Positions 37,798 through 48,322 of a stretch of 64,000 bases of DNA are shown one piece after another; the first letter of the stretch is position 1, and each line of letters opens with the position of its first letter. The stretch is from Candidatus Omnitrophota bacterium. Its GTDB lineage: Bacteria; Omnitrophota; Gorgyraeia; Zapsychrales; Fredricksoniimonadaceae. The position numbers and the translations under genes are program-made. Below the pieces are notes generated by a model, which saw nothing but the letters and a program-made list of their open reading frames with translations, searched no databases and was not told the DNA's origin. The stretch spans positions 45,122 to 109,121 of the forward strand of contig JACQCF010000002.1 in NCBI GenBank assembly GCA_016201795.1, written 5' to 3'.

Positions 37798-39602
37798 GCT
37801 CATGGGGCGTATACGGAGATGAGAACTTGTTATCATTAGGTGTTTTTTTACAACGTTTTGGTTATCTGTTGAGGTTGTTGACTACAACGCCCTACTGGGG
37901 CCTTATCTGCATGTTGCAGTTTGTCAGCGGCTTGGCTAGTTTTTTGGGGTTGCCGCTTCTGATTCCTGTGCTGGAAATGATGCAAAGCAATACAGTCTCT
38001 GTGCAGGGGGGCAGTTACGCTAAATTTGTCATTCCTTTTTTGCAGGCATTAGGCCTGAAATTTAATTTTAACAGCATGTTGTTTATGGCTGCTGTACTTA
38101 TGTTATTGGGTCAGCTTTTGGTCAATGCCTCTTCTTTGGTCTGTACCTTTGTCAAAGAGGATCTGCTGGCAGAATACCGCAAGAAGATATTCAGGGCTTA
38201 TGCCTCGGTCGACTGGCAGTGGTTGACGGATCACCATTCGGCCCGTATGTATCATGCGGTGGTGAGGGAGGCCGAGCAGGCCTGCGAGGCCCACATGAAT
38301 GCCCAGCGGATCTTTATCAATTTTTTTCAGATTGCCGTTTATCTGACGATTTCCCTACGCCTCTCCTGGCAGATCACGCTGCTGGCGGTGGGGGTGTATG
38401 TTCTTTTGGGTTTATGCAATGCGGTTAACTTGAATTTCATCAATCAATTTGCCGAGGTGCTTAATCAGAAATTTAAGCAATTTTCGAATGACGCCGTAAG
38501 TTTTCAGCACAATAAGAAATTCATTAAAGTAGCCCTTTTGGGGGAGCGGTTTTTGGCCTCTTTTACCCATGCCATCGACCAGATGTGCCAACTCCGTAAA
38601 CGCCAGATGCTGCACGTTGAACTGCAACGTGCCTGGAACATGATGAGCACGCTGATCCTTTTAGTTGTTATGATTTTTTTCCATCAGGCATTGTCGCTCA
38701 ATTATGCCACCTTGTTATTGATCCTGTTTGTGTTCATGCGGCTGGCGCCTCAATTCGTAGCGCTAGCGGATGTTTATGCGGCTTTGGACATGAGCATCCC
38801 CGTGCACAAGTCTCTGCAGTCACATTTACAGACGCTGGAAGATCACCGGGAGAAAAGTGGTAGCCGGGCTTTCGTACCGGGAAGCGCTTTGCGTTTTGAG
38901 GAAGTGAGCTTTGCTTATCCTAATCAGCCGGCCCTTTTTTCCAATTTACATTTGTCCATTGAGCCTCATACCATGGTTGCCATTGTGGGGAAATCGGGCT
39001 GCGGGAAGTCGACGATTTTGGATTTGCTTTTGGGGTTGCTTGATATCAAAGGAGGAGTCATTTATTATGGTCAAATCCCGCACCATGAGCTTGAAAAAGA
39101 TTCCCTTCGGCGGCACGTTGCTTTTGTCGGACAAAGGCCTTCTCTTTTGGATGGAACCTTGCGGGAGAACTTAATTGTGGCAAAACCCTCCGCGACCAAG
39201 CAAGAGGTTCTGGATGTTTGTCGTCGTGTGCATTTGAAGGAATTTATTGAGGAGCTTCCTCAGGGACTGGATACGGTGGTGGGAGAAAACGGCATCAAAC
39301 TGTCCGGCGGACAGAGGCAGCGGATTGCTCTGGCGCGTTGTTTGCTGCTTGCACCTGACATCCTCATCCTTGATGAAGCTACCAGTGAATTGGATTCGGA
39401 GTCGGAGGCGGTTATTCAAAATACTTTAAAGGAAATGCGTTCGCAAATGACAATCATCATCATTGCGCACCGGCTTTCGACGGTCAAGGCAGCGGATAAA
39501 ATTTATGTCATCGAGCATGGGACGGCTTGTGAGTCGGGCGCCTATGAAGAACTATTGGCGCGCAAGGGGAGATTTTACGATTTGGTTTCTTTGCAGCATT
39601 AA
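37794..39602 (+). CDS. ABC transporter permease/ATPase (MsbA/PglK-like glycan flippase); start uncertain
   Basis: N-terminal TM domain, GKSGCGKST, LSGGQRQR, LDEATSELD and IAHRLST. Confidence 0.88.
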   Translation: MSSWGVYGDENLLSLGVFLQRFGYLLRLLTTTPYWGLICMLQFVSGLASFLGLPLLIPVLEMMQSNTVSVQGGSYAKFVIPFLQALGLKFNFNSMLFMAAVLMLLGQLLVNASSLVCTFVKEDLLAEYRKKIFRAYASVDWQWLTDHHSARMYHAVVREAEQACEAHMNAQRIFINFFQIAVYLTISLRLSWQITLLAVGVYVLLGLCNAVNLNFINQFAEVLNQKFKQFSNDAVSFQHNKKFIKVALLGERFLASFTHAIDQMCQLRKRQMLHVELQRAWNMMSTLILLVVMIFFHQALSLNYATLLLILFVFMRLAPQFVALADVYAALDMSIPVHKSLQSHLQTLEDHREKSGSRAFVPGSALRFEEVSFAYPNQPALFSNLHLSIEPHTMVAIVGKSGCGKSTILDLLLGLLDIKGGVIYYGQIPHHELEKDSLRRHVAFVGQRPSLLDGTLRENLIVAKPSATKQEVLDVCRRVHLKEFIEELPQGLDTVVGENGIKLSGGQRQRIALARCLLLAPDILILDEATSELDSESEAVIQNTLKEMRSQMTIIIIAHRLSTVKAADKIYVIEHGTACESGAYEELLARKGRFYDLVSLQH

Positions 39603-39639
39603 AAATCCCACTTAAAAACGCGGGATGGAGGGGGAATGC

Positions 39640-40635
39640 ATGATCAATGGCAAAACAATTTTGATTACAGGCGGTACGGGCTCTTTTGGTAATAAATTTA
39701 CGGAGGTAGTTTTAAAGAAATTTAAGCCTAAAAAATTGATTATTTTTAGCAGGGATGAATACAAGCAGCATGAAATGGGTAAAAAATTTTCCGATGATAA
39801 ATATCCTATTCGGTATTTTCTAGGGGATGTGAGAGACCAGGGACGGTTAAACCGCGCCTTTGAAGGGGTGGATTATGTGGTGCATGCCGCGGCGCTCAAG
39901 CAGGTGCCGGCGCTGGAATACAATCCCATGGAGGCAGTCAAGACCAATATCCTTGGCGCGGATAATATTGTCGAAGCAGCCATTGACCAGGGTATAAAGA
40001 AAGTAGTTGTCCTTTCTACGGACAAGGCTTGTAATCCCGTTAATCTTTACGGGGCTACAAAATTGGCGGCGGAAAAAGTGTTTGTCGCGGCCAATGCCTA
40101 CGGCGGCGGCCGTGTCAAATTTTCCGTCGTGCGTTACGGGAATGTCATGGGTTCGCGCGGGAGCGTGATCCCGTTTTTTTTGAGTTTAAAGCATCAGGGC
40201 GCCAAGGAATTCCCCATTACCGATGAACGTATGACCCGCTTTTGGATCACGCTTAAGCAAAGCGCAGAGTTGGTGTTGACGGCGTTGAATTTCGGTATGG
40301 GCGGGGAATGTTTCATCCCTATTATCCCGTCGATGAGGGTGGTTGATTTAGCGCGGGCCATTGACCCTAGGGCAAAATTTAAGATCATCGGTATCCGTCC
40401 CGGCGAGAAATTGCACGAGTCGCTGATTTCCGAGGAGGAAGGGTATAATACCAGGATTTTTAAGGATACGTATGTCATCCTGCCGCAATTTTTTGATAAT
40501 GAACGAGTGCTTCGGTTTTATGAGAAATGTCCCGTCGTCGAACAGAATTTTCTCTACCGCAGCGATAAAAACAAACAATGGATGGATGTGCAAGATTTAA
40601 GAAAGGTTATTGCCCGTGATGATTCCTTACGGTAG
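39640..40635 (+). CDS. pseB: UDP-GlcNAc 4,6-dehydratase (inverting)
   Basis: TGGTGSFG, SRDEYKQ, AAALKQVP, STDKA, YGATK, RYGNVMGSRGSVIP, MTRFWI and GIRPGEKLHE. Confidence 0.92.
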   Translation: MINGKTILITGGTGSFGNKFTEVVLKKFKPKKLIIFSRDEYKQHEMGKKFSDDKYPIRYFLGDVRDQGRLNRAFEGVDYVVHAAALKQVPALEYNPMEAVKTNILGADNIVEAAIDQGIKKVVVLSTDKACNPVNLYGATKLAAEKVFVAANAYGGGRVKFSVVRYGNVMGSRGSVIPFFLSLKHQGAKEFPITDERMTRFWITLKQSAELVLTALNFGMGGECFIPIIPSMRVVDLARAIDPRAKFKIIGIRPGEKLHESLISEEEGYNTRIFKDTYVILPQFFDNERVLRFYEKCPVVEQNFLYRSDKNKQWMDVQDLRKVIARDDSLR

Positions 40636-41791
40636 ACAGACTATTGATGACAAAGACATCCGTGCGGTGGTGCAGGTTTTGCGCTCTGATTGGTTGACCC
40701 AGGGGCCGAAAGTCCTGGAATTCGAAGAAGCGCTATGCCGTTATACCGGTGCAAAATATGCCGTGGTGGTTTCTTCGGGTACGGCTGCATTGCATATCGC
40801 GTGTTTGGCGGCCGGTTTAGGTAAGGGGCAAGAGGCCATGGTCCCTGCCAATACGTTCGTCGCCACCGCCAACGCCGTTTTGTACACAGGGGCGCAGCCC
40901 GTTTTCGCGGATATCGACCATGAAACAGGTAATATCGACCCGCGGGCCATTATGAAAATGATGAATCGCACCACCAGGGCGATTATACCGGTGCATTTCG
41001 GCGGCAACCCTTGCGCCATGGAAGACATTTACGGTTTGGCCAAGAAAAGAAAGATCACGATTATCGAAGACGCGTGTCATGCTTTAGGCGCAGCGTATAA
41101 GTCTGGGGGTAAATGGTGGAAAATCGGTTCCTGCCGTCATTCGGATATGACGATTTTTAGTTTTCATCCTCTTAAAGCCATTACCACGGCCGAAGGCGGA
41201 GCAGTGCTGACTAATGACAAAAGGCTTTATCAGCGGTTTCTTAAGTTGCGCAGTCACGGGGTAACGAAGGAGCCATCTGATTTTGAGAACCGCAACGCCC
41301 ATGACGTGGGGCCGTGGTACTACGAGATGCAGGAGCTTGGTTTTAATTTCCGAATCACGGATCTGCAATGTGCGCTGGGGGTTTCCCAGCTTAAAAAAGC
41401 GGATGGGTTTGTCCGTAAGCGCACCCGGATCGCACAGCTTTATCGCAAGGCCTGGGCCCACGGCTCATACTTTGATCTTCCGTCGCAACAGAACAATGGC
41501 GTGTCGGCATGGCATTTGTTCCCCATCCGGCTTAAAGGGCGTTTTGTACAGCGCCGGAAAGAAATGTTTTGTTGGTTAAGAGATTTGGGGTTGGGGGTGC
41601 AGGTTCACTATATTCCGGTGTATTGGCAGCCGTATTATGCCCGATTAGGGTATGCCAAGGGATCGTGTCCGGTGGCGGAAGATTTTTACCGTCGGGAAAT
41701 CAGCCTGCCGTTGTATCCGGCCATGACGTCTGCCGATGTAAGGCGCGTGATTGAATGCGTAAATAAAGCAGGAGCAGAGGTTTTAAAATAA
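40619..41791 (+). CDS. pseC: UDP-4-amino-4,6-dideoxy-N-acetyl-altrosamine transaminase
   Basis: MIPYGRQ.I, WLTQGP, SFHPLK, WYYEMQELGFNFR and VQVHYIPV. Confidence 0.9.
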   Translation: MIPYGRQTIDDKDIRAVVQVLRSDWLTQGPKVLEFEEALCRYTGAKYAVVVSSGTAALHIACLAAGLGKGQEAMVPANTFVATANAVLYTGAQPVFADIDHETGNIDPRAIMKMMNRTTRAIIPVHFGGNPCAMEDIYGLAKKRKITIIEDACHALGAAYKSGGKWWKIGSCRHSDMTIFSFHPLKAITTAEGGAVLTNDKRLYQRFLKLRSHGVTKEPSDFENRNAHDVGPWYYEMQELGFNFRITDLQCALGVSQLKKADGFVRKRTRIAQLYRKAWAHGSYFDLPSQQNNGVSAWHLFPIRLKGRFVQRRKEMFCWLRDLGLGVQVHYIPVYWQPYYARLGYAKGSCPVAEDFYRREISLPLYPAMTSADVRRVIECVNKAGAEVLK

Positions 41792-41805
41792 GGAGCAAAG
41801 ATAGA

Positions 41806-42549
41806 ATGGCAAGAAAAGGAAAATTTGTTGCGAGTATAGAGGCAAGGGTTGGCTCAACACGATTACCCGCTAAAGTGTTGCGGGAGATTATGGGAAGGTC
41901 CATGCTGGAATTGATGATCGAACGGGTCAAGAAAGCCCGACGTATCGACGAAATTATTGTGGCGACTTCTGTTAACCCTAAGGACGACGTGTTGGAGCAG
42001 TTGGCTCTGCGCATGGGAGTTAAATGTTACCGCGGCAGCGAAGAAGATGTTTTGTCCAGGGTATTGGAGGCAGTCAAAAGCGTTGCGGGGGATCATATCA
42101 TTGAGCTCTGGGGAGACACGCCGCTTATTGATCCGGCCATTATTGATGATGCCGTCCGGTATTATCAGGATAATGACTTTGACTGTGTGGGGACGGACAA
42201 AGGGTATCCTTGGGGTATGAGCATATTAATTTTTCCCACCGCCATTTTGGAGGAAGTCCATGGGATCACCAACGATCCCGTTGACAGGGAAAATGTTTCT
42301 AATTATATTTATGAACATCCACAGAGGTATACGATTAGTAATTTGCCATGCCCTCGACATTTATACCGGCCTGAGGTACGTCTGACGGTTGATGAGGGTC
42401 CTGATTTTGAATTCGTATCGAGGATTTTTGAAGCGCTACATCCCAATAATCCGTATTTTGACACCCAGAACATTCTCATGTTTTTGGATGCCCATCCCGA
42501 ACTATTGGAGATCAACAAGACGATTAAACAAAAGAAATTGAGGGTATAG
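41806..42549 (+). CDS. SpsF/PseF-type cytidylyltransferase
   Basis: EARVGSTRLPAKVL, RGSEEDVLSR, GD.PLIDP and RLTVD. Confidence 0.85.
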   Translation: MARKGKFVASIEARVGSTRLPAKVLREIMGRSMLELMIERVKKARRIDEIIVATSVNPKDDVLEQLALRMGVKCYRGSEEDVLSRVLEAVKSVAGDHIIELWGDTPLIDPAIIDDAVRYYQDNDFDCVGTDKGYPWGMSILIFPTAILEEVHGITNDPVDRENVSNYIYEHPQRYTISNLPCPRHLYRPEVRLTVDEGPDFEFVSRIFEALHPNNPYFDTQNILMFLDAHPELLEINKTIKQKKLRV

Positions 42550-42554
42550 AAATT

Positions 42555-43568
42555 ATGAAGTTAAAAGCAGCAGTCATAGGTTGCGGGCGTATCGCCATCG
42601 GTTTCGATGACGACCCCAAACGCAAGATGGTAGCGACCCATATCGGCGCATATCAGCATGTGAAAGGCGTTGAGGTCGTCGCCGTGTGCGATGTGGACGG
42701 TAGCCGTGTGGATAAAGTATGCCGCAAGCGTGGTATCACCAAAGGTTATACGGATTACCTGAAGATGTTACGCCAGGAAAAAGTCGATATGGTCAGCGTG
42801 TGCACGCCGCCCAAGACACATGCGTCCATTGTGCTGGACATTGCCCGGCACGGTTTAGCTAAAGCAATTTTTTGCGAAAAACCCATGGCTCATTCGCTTC
42901 AGGATGCCAGGGCCATGATCGACGCCTGTGCCGAGCACAATATTATATTACAGATTGACCATCAGCGCCGTTTCGATCAGATGCATCAGGCCATCAGGGC
43001 AAAAATTCAAAGAGGCGCGTGGGGTAGGGTTCAGCGTGCGAATTTTTATTATTCAGCGGGAGTGCGTAATACTGGTTCTCATATGTTTGACCTTTTGCGT
43101 TTCTTTTTTGGGGATGCCGACTGGGTGCAGGCCTATGCGAGCGCCAATCCCTCACGCCGGCCTGATGATCCGAACCTAGACGGGTTTGTGCGTTTTCCCA
43201 ATGGGCTTTTGGCGTCCTTTCAGGCTTTAGATCATACGCGATATTTAATTTTTGAATTGGATTGTTATTTTCAACGGAGCCGTTTGGTTCTTAAGCACAG
43301 CGGCTTTGACGCTGAATTTTATAAGGTAGGGAAAAGTTCGTTTTTCAGCGGTTACCGCGAGTTGGAAAAGGGCAAGGCTCCTTTTAAGAAGGATTATGAG
43401 AGGTCATTGATGGTTCGCGGGGTCGAAGAATTAAGCCGTTGCCTGGGCAATGGGAGAAAAAGTATTTCTTCAGGGGAAGATGGTTTGCGTGCGATGGAAC
43501 TCATTGAGTTAAGTATCAAATCTGCGCAACATCATGGAAAACAGATGTCAGTATCGCCTAAGAGATAG
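42555..43568 (+). CDS. Gfo/Idh/MocA oxidoreductase
   Basis: IGCGRIA, CTPP..H, CEKP, HQRRF and GSHMFD. Confidence 0.88.
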   Translation: MKLKAAVIGCGRIAIGFDDDPKRKMVATHIGAYQHVKGVEVVAVCDVDGSRVDKVCRKRGITKGYTDYLKMLRQEKVDMVSVCTPPKTHASIVLDIARHGLAKAIFCEKPMAHSLQDARAMIDACAEHNIILQIDHQRRFDQMHQAIRAKIQRGAWGRVQRANFYYSAGVRNTGSHMFDLLRFFFGDADWVQAYASANPSRRPDDPNLDGFVRFPNGLLASFQALDHTRYLIFELDCYFQRSRLVLKHSGFDAEFYKVGKSSFFSGYRELEKGKAPFKKDYERSLMVRGVEELSRCLGNGRKSISSGEDGLRAMELIELSIKSAQHHGKQMSVSPKR

Positions 43569-43580
43569 AAGGAGTTGTTG

Positions 43581-44858
43581 ATGAAAGTTTTAGCCGTTCA
43601 TGGTGGGGATAAAGTTAGGACAAAACCGTTTTTTACGGGTGGTGCCATTATTGGAGAGGAAGAGCGACGGCGCGTTAAAGAGGTCCTAGACAGCGGTATT
43701 TTGTCTGGATTCCTGGCACAGGCTGACGCGAAGTTCTTAGGTGGTAAACAGGTTCTAGAATTTGAGAAGATACTCAGGAATTATTTTAGCATGCCTTACG
43801 CCGTGACAGTCAATTCGGCAACAGCTGGTCTTCATGTGGCCTTGGGAGCTTGTGGAGTCTCTCCCGGTGATGAGGTGATCGTGAGTCCATATACCATGTG
43901 CGCTTCCGCCACCGCGATTGTTATGATGAATGGCGTTCCGGTTTTTGCGGATATTAATGAACACAATTTTTGTTTCGATCCTGAAAGTGTCCGCCGATGT
44001 ATCACCCCACGCACCAAAGGTATTGTCGTGGTGCATCTTTTTGGTGGGGCAGCGGATATGGATGCCATCATGGTGATTGCCAAGGAACATAACCTTTTTG
44101 TAGTTGAGGATTGCGCCCAGGCGCCGGGTGCCAAATATAAAGGCCGGCATGTGGGGACATTCGGCGATGCGGGGGTTTTTAGTCTCAATCAGAACAAGAC
44201 GATTACCTGCGGTGAGGGTGGATTTGTGCTTACGAGGGATGCAAAGATCGCTTTGCGGATACAGTTGATGCGCAATCACGGCGAAGTGGTGGTACAACAG
44301 ATGAATGTGGAAGATATTTCCAATATCGTCGGTTTTAATTACCGCATGACAGAGTTGGAAGCGGCGGTGGCTATCGGTCAATTTAAAAATTTAGATACTT
44401 GGAACACCCATCGGCGGAATTTGGCCAATTACTTGACCAAGCAACTATCCAAGTTTGATAGCTTAGAATGTCCCAATGTACCGTTGGATATTGAACATTC
44501 GTATTTTGTATATCCTATTAAATTAAAGGTTGGCCAATTGGGCGTTAGCAGGGATACTTTTCTTAAGGCAATCCATGCAGAAGGGATTCCTTTGAGCGGT
44601 GGGTACGTGAGACCGATCTATTGGGAACCAATGTTCCAGAAAAAGATTGCTTATGGTAGGCAGGGATATCCGTTCACACCTCCCGTTTACGCAGGTTCTG
44701 TGGATTACAGCCGAGGATTGTGCCCAGTGTGTGAACGGATGTATGAACAGGAACTGATGTTGACGCCTGTTTGCCGTTACCCGAATACTAAAGAAGACAT
44801 GGATGATGTCGTTCATGCGTTTGATAAGGTATTGTCTCATTTAGACGAGTTAAAATAA
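43581..44858 (+). CDS. DegT/DnrJ/EryC1/StrS aminotransferase
   Basis: NSATAGL, EDCAQAPG, SLNQNKTITCGEGG and NYRMTE. Confidence 0.88.
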   Translation: MKVLAVHGGDKVRTKPFFTGGAIIGEEERRRVKEVLDSGILSGFLAQADAKFLGGKQVLEFEKILRNYFSMPYAVTVNSATAGLHVALGACGVSPGDEVIVSPYTMCASATAIVMMNGVPVFADINEHNFCFDPESVRRCITPRTKGIVVVHLFGGAADMDAIMVIAKEHNLFVVEDCAQAPGAKYKGRHVGTFGDAGVFSLNQNKTITCGEGGFVLTRDAKIALRIQLMRNHGEVVVQQMNVEDISNIVGFNYRMTELEAAVAIGQFKNLDTWNTHRRNLANYLTKQLSKFDSLECPNVPLDIEHSYFVYPIKLKVGQLGVSRDTFLKAIHAEGIPLSGGYVRPIYWEPMFQKKIAYGRQGYPFTPPVYAGSVDYSRGLCPVCERMYEQELMLTPVCRYPNTKEDMDDVVHAFDKVLSHLDELK

Positions 44859-44877
44859 ATTCAAAGAGACATGTTTT

Positions 44878-46341
44878 ATGATTAGAGTTCTGATCTTAAC
44901 CGAAGGCGGTGGTATTTTAGGCTGGGGGCATGTAGCCAGGTGCTGTGCGATTACGCAAGGACTGGAGAAATATGGCTGTTTATGGGAAGTTTTCGTCAAT
45001 GCCCAAGGGGATTTACCGTCTTTTACTGACGGGTCCAACTGGAGTCGGGAGGATTGGCGCAATATCAATGAGCGTTTGGCAGGCCTTATCAGCTCGTCGG
45101 ATTACGTGATTGTTGATTCATATATAACGTCCGCAGATATTTATCAACAGATTAGTTCTTTGAATAAGAATTTGGTCGTTATCGACGATAATAATCGGAT
45201 TAGTTATCCGCCATGTATTGTTGTTAACCCGAATGTGTATGGGGACCACATGCCATATGCGGACAAATATGAAGTATGGGCAGGCCTACGGTACATTCTT
45301 TTACGTGAGCCATTTTGGAATGCGCAGCCTAAACCCGTAGGCTCTGTGCATGCACTTTTATTGGTACTGGGTGGTGGTGATTCTCATGGGTTAAAGAAGG
45401 AGATCTTGCGGTTTTTGGTGCGACACTATCCGCTATTAAAGAAGTATGTCGTTGTCTGTGTCAGGGAAACATCATTGGAAGATATAACCAAAGAAGCGGA
45501 TGGTAATACATCCTTCTTTAAGAATCTAGATGCCAGAGCCATGTGCGATCTGATGGGGCGTGCAGATATGGCTATATCTGCTGGTGGGCAGACGCTCGGT
45601 GAACTTACTAGGTTGGGAGTGCCGACTGTCGCCATAAGCTTGGCAGATAATCAAAAACGCAATATCGCGGCATGGCAAGCGCAAGGCTTTGTACAGGTAG
45701 CGGATGAGAAAGACAGCGTCGGGATACAACAGGTCATCGGCACATACATCGAACGTTTAAACAGCCTTAAGCAGGATCGCAACGCAAGTCATGTGGCTAG
45801 CCTTGTGGATGGTCAAGGCGTCAAACGTTTGGTTGAAAATTTAATAGGCCGTCGCACATTGTCTTTGCGTAGGGCTTCGCTCGAAGACTGTGAAGATATT
45901 TGGAGATGGCGTAATGATGTTTCGGTGCGCAAAAGTTCTTTTTCACAAAAAGAGATTCCATTTGACGGTCATAAGAAGTGGTTTGCACAAAAAATGAATG
46001 ACCCTGGTGTTATTTTTTATATTGCCCAGCATAAACATGAAGGTGGTGTAGGCCAGGTGCGGTTTGAAATTCAGCAGGATAAGTCCGCATCCGTTCATGT
46101 GAATATGAACCCACAGTACATTGGTCGCGGGTTGGGGGCTTATGTGATTGCCGAGGCCACGCGGACGCTTATGAAGGAGCGCCCCACGGTTTTATCTATT
46201 CGGGCCGAGGTTTTGGCGGATAACATTGCTTCACGGAAAGTTTTTGAGAAGGCGGGTTATCAGTTGCAGGGCAATGAGATCAAGGAAGATAAACAGATCA
46301 TTGTATTTTCGGTGAAAAAACATGAAACCCATATCCTTTAA
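44878..46341 (+). CDS. PseG-like UDP-sugar hydrolase fused to a PseH-like GNAT acetyltransferase
   Basis: GWGHVARC, VDSY, ISAGG.T..E and ADNQ, then WRND..VR, H.KWF, GQVRF and NIASRKVFEKAG. Confidence 0.82.
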   Translation: MIRVLILTEGGGILGWGHVARCCAITQGLEKYGCLWEVFVNAQGDLPSFTDGSNWSREDWRNINERLAGLISSSDYVIVDSYITSADIYQQISSLNKNLVVIDDNNRISYPPCIVVNPNVYGDHMPYADKYEVWAGLRYILLREPFWNAQPKPVGSVHALLLVLGGGDSHGLKKEILRFLVRHYPLLKKYVVVCVRETSLEDITKEADGNTSFFKNLDARAMCDLMGRADMAISAGGQTLGELTRLGVPTVAISLADNQKRNIAAWQAQGFVQVADEKDSVGIQQVIGTYIERLNSLKQDRNASHVASLVDGQGVKRLVENLIGRRTLSLRRASLEDCEDIWRWRNDVSVRKSSFSQKEIPFDGHKKWFAQKMNDPGVIFYIAQHKHEGGVGQVRFEIQQDKSASVHVNMNPQYIGRGLGAYVIAEATRTLMKERPTVLSIRAEVLADNIASRKVFEKAGYQLQGNEIKEDKQIIVFSVKKHETHIL

Positions 46342-47356
46342 ACAGTTAAAAGAGTGTTTTATTATCGCCGAGATTTCTGCCAATCACGGTCAGAATTTCC
46401 AACGGGCCATTCAATTGATTAAATTGGCCAAAGAATGTGGTGCGGATGCGGTTAAGTTTCAATGTTATACACCGGATACATTAACGATCGATGTCGACAA
46501 TAAATATTTCCAGATCAAACATCCCCAGTGGGGTGGGCAGACGCTTTACCGCTTGTATCAGCATGCTTATACGCCTTGGGAGTGGTTTCCGCGGTTAAAG
46601 AAGGCCGCCCATGAGGCGCGCATTCATTTTTTTTCTACAGCTTTTGACCGTACCTCTGTTGATTTTTTGGAAAAGATAGGGGTGGATTTGCATAAGATCG
46701 CTTCTTTTGAATTGAATGATTTACCGCTTATTGATTACGTTGCGCGTACGAAAAAACCTCTTATTTTATCAACAGGGATGGCCTCTTTAGAAGAAATTCG
46801 TGAGGCGGTGGCTGTTGCTCGCAAATCGGGGGCGAAGGATTTGGCTTTGTTGAGGTGTGTAAGTAATTATCCAGCGGATCCTAAGGATATGAATTTGCGT
46901 ACGATGGTAGATATGCATAAGAGGTTTAAATGTTGTGTGGGGCTCTCGGACCATACATTGGGGGTAGGGGTAGCGGTGGCTTCGGTGGCGTTGGGGGCCA
47001 TGGTTATTGAAAAACATTTTACGCTTTCACGCAAGATCAAAACCCCGGATAGTTTTTTTTCACTGGAGCCGGAAGAATTAAAAGAAATGGTTGATAATGT
47101 GCGTTTGGCGCAAAGGGCTTTGGGGCATGTTTCGTATGCTTGTACACCGGCAGAGAAAGCCAGTCTTAAATTCCGGCGTTCCTTGTTTGTTGTCCAGGAC
47201 ATCAAGAAAGGTGACGTTTTTTCCCTTTTAAATATAAGGTCTATACGCCCCGGGCATGGCCTGTCGCCCAAACACTGGGACACAACCATCGGCAAAAAGG
47301 CGAAATGCGCTGTTAAACGAGGGACTCCGTTAACGATGTCCATGATAGGGATTTAA
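46322..47356 (+). CDS. pseI: Pseudaminic acid synthase (NeuB family)
   Basis: IIAEISANH, YTPDTLT, KIASFE, STGMA, GLSDHT, IEKHF, DSFFSL and a SAF domain (RPGHGL). Confidence 0.9.
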   Translation: MKPISFKQLKECFIIAEISANHGQNFQRAIQLIKLAKECGADAVKFQCYTPDTLTIDVDNKYFQIKHPQWGGQTLYRLYQHAYTPWEWFPRLKKAAHEARIHFFSTAFDRTSVDFLEKIGVDLHKIASFELNDLPLIDYVARTKKPLILSTGMASLEEIREAVAVARKSGAKDLALLRCVSNYPADPKDMNLRTMVDMHKRFKCCVGLSDHTLGVGVAVASVALGAMVIEKHFTLSRKIKTPDSFFSLEPEELKEMVDNVRLAQRALGHVSYACTPAEKASLKFRRSLFVVQDIKKGDVFSLLNIRSIRPGHGLSPKHWDTTIGKKAKCAVKRGTPLTMSMIGI

Positions 47357-48310
47357 ATGGAAATTAAGGGATGTTCACAAGAATATTGGGATTTGTTTGT
47401 GGATGCCTCTGCTCAAGGGACGGTTTTTAATAAGAGTTTTTTCTTGAAGAGTTACGGCCATCCTGTCAGCTATTTGATTTGTTATAAAGGTGAAGAGGTA
47501 GTGGCCGGCTTCGGGCTTGTCAAAGAAGGCGATAATATCCGTCCAATGCCGTATTCTGTGTTAGGGGGAATTATTTTTAAGGATTTGGTGGAGCTTAATA
47601 ATTACCGCCGCAATGAAACGATTTTTATGGCGCTGGAGGCATTTGCCCAGTATTTATTTGATCATTATACCGAGGTGGACTTCACCAATCATTGGGATAT
47701 TACGGACATGCGTGCATTTGACTGGGTCAATTATCACGATCGGCAAAAAGGGTATTATCAAATTTTTCCGCGTTACACCAGCCTGCTGGATATTTCAGAT
47801 CCGGCTAATACCGACGGTTATGCGCGTAAACGCATTCGTGAGCTGGATAAAGGTGTGGATGAAGGGTATAAATTTTTTACCAGGGGAATTGATGATATCA
47901 GTCTTCTCAGTCGGCTGCATGAGATGAATTTTATCCGCCAGGGAATTACAAGGTCCGAGGAAGAAAAGCGAGCACTGGTGCATATTTGTGAAAACCTCAT
48001 GAATGCCCAAGCAGGGACATTGCTGGCCACTTATGTGAATGATGAACCGGCGGTGGTGAGTTTTTTTGTCTACGATCAACACAGGGCCTATCATTTGTTT
48101 GTGGGGGCTGATCTTGATTTAAAGGATTTGGGCGTGGGAACCAAAAATTTTTATGACAGTTGTTTATTTTTAAACAGTCAACTTGGGTATAAGGAATTGG
48201 ATTTGGTAGGGGCCAATAGCCCATTAAGGTCAAATTATAAATTAAGTTACGGTGGTCGGCTGGTGCCGTATTTTCGGATCAAGAAAGTTCCTCCGCAAGG
48301 GCAAGGATAG
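47357..48310 (+). CDS. GNAT/FemAB-like acyltransferase
   Basis: WD.FV..S.QGTVF, RYTS.LD and DLVGANSP....YK..YGG.LVPY. Confidence 0.7.
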   Translation: MEIKGCSQEYWDLFVDASAQGTVFNKSFFLKSYGHPVSYLICYKGEEVVAGFGLVKEGDNIRPMPYSVLGGIIFKDLVELNNYRRNETIFMALEAFAQYLFDHYTEVDFTNHWDITDMRAFDWVNYHDRQKGYYQIFPRYTSLLDISDPANTDGYARKRIRELDKGVDEGYKFFTRGIDDISLLSRLHEMNFIRQGITRSEEEKRALVHICENLMNAQAGTLLATYVNDEPAVVSFFVYDQHRAYHLFVGADLDLKDLGVGTKNFYDSCLFLNSQLGYKELDLVGANSPLRSNYKLSYGGRLVPYFRIKKVPPQGQG

Positions 48311-48322
48311 GGTATTAGATTT

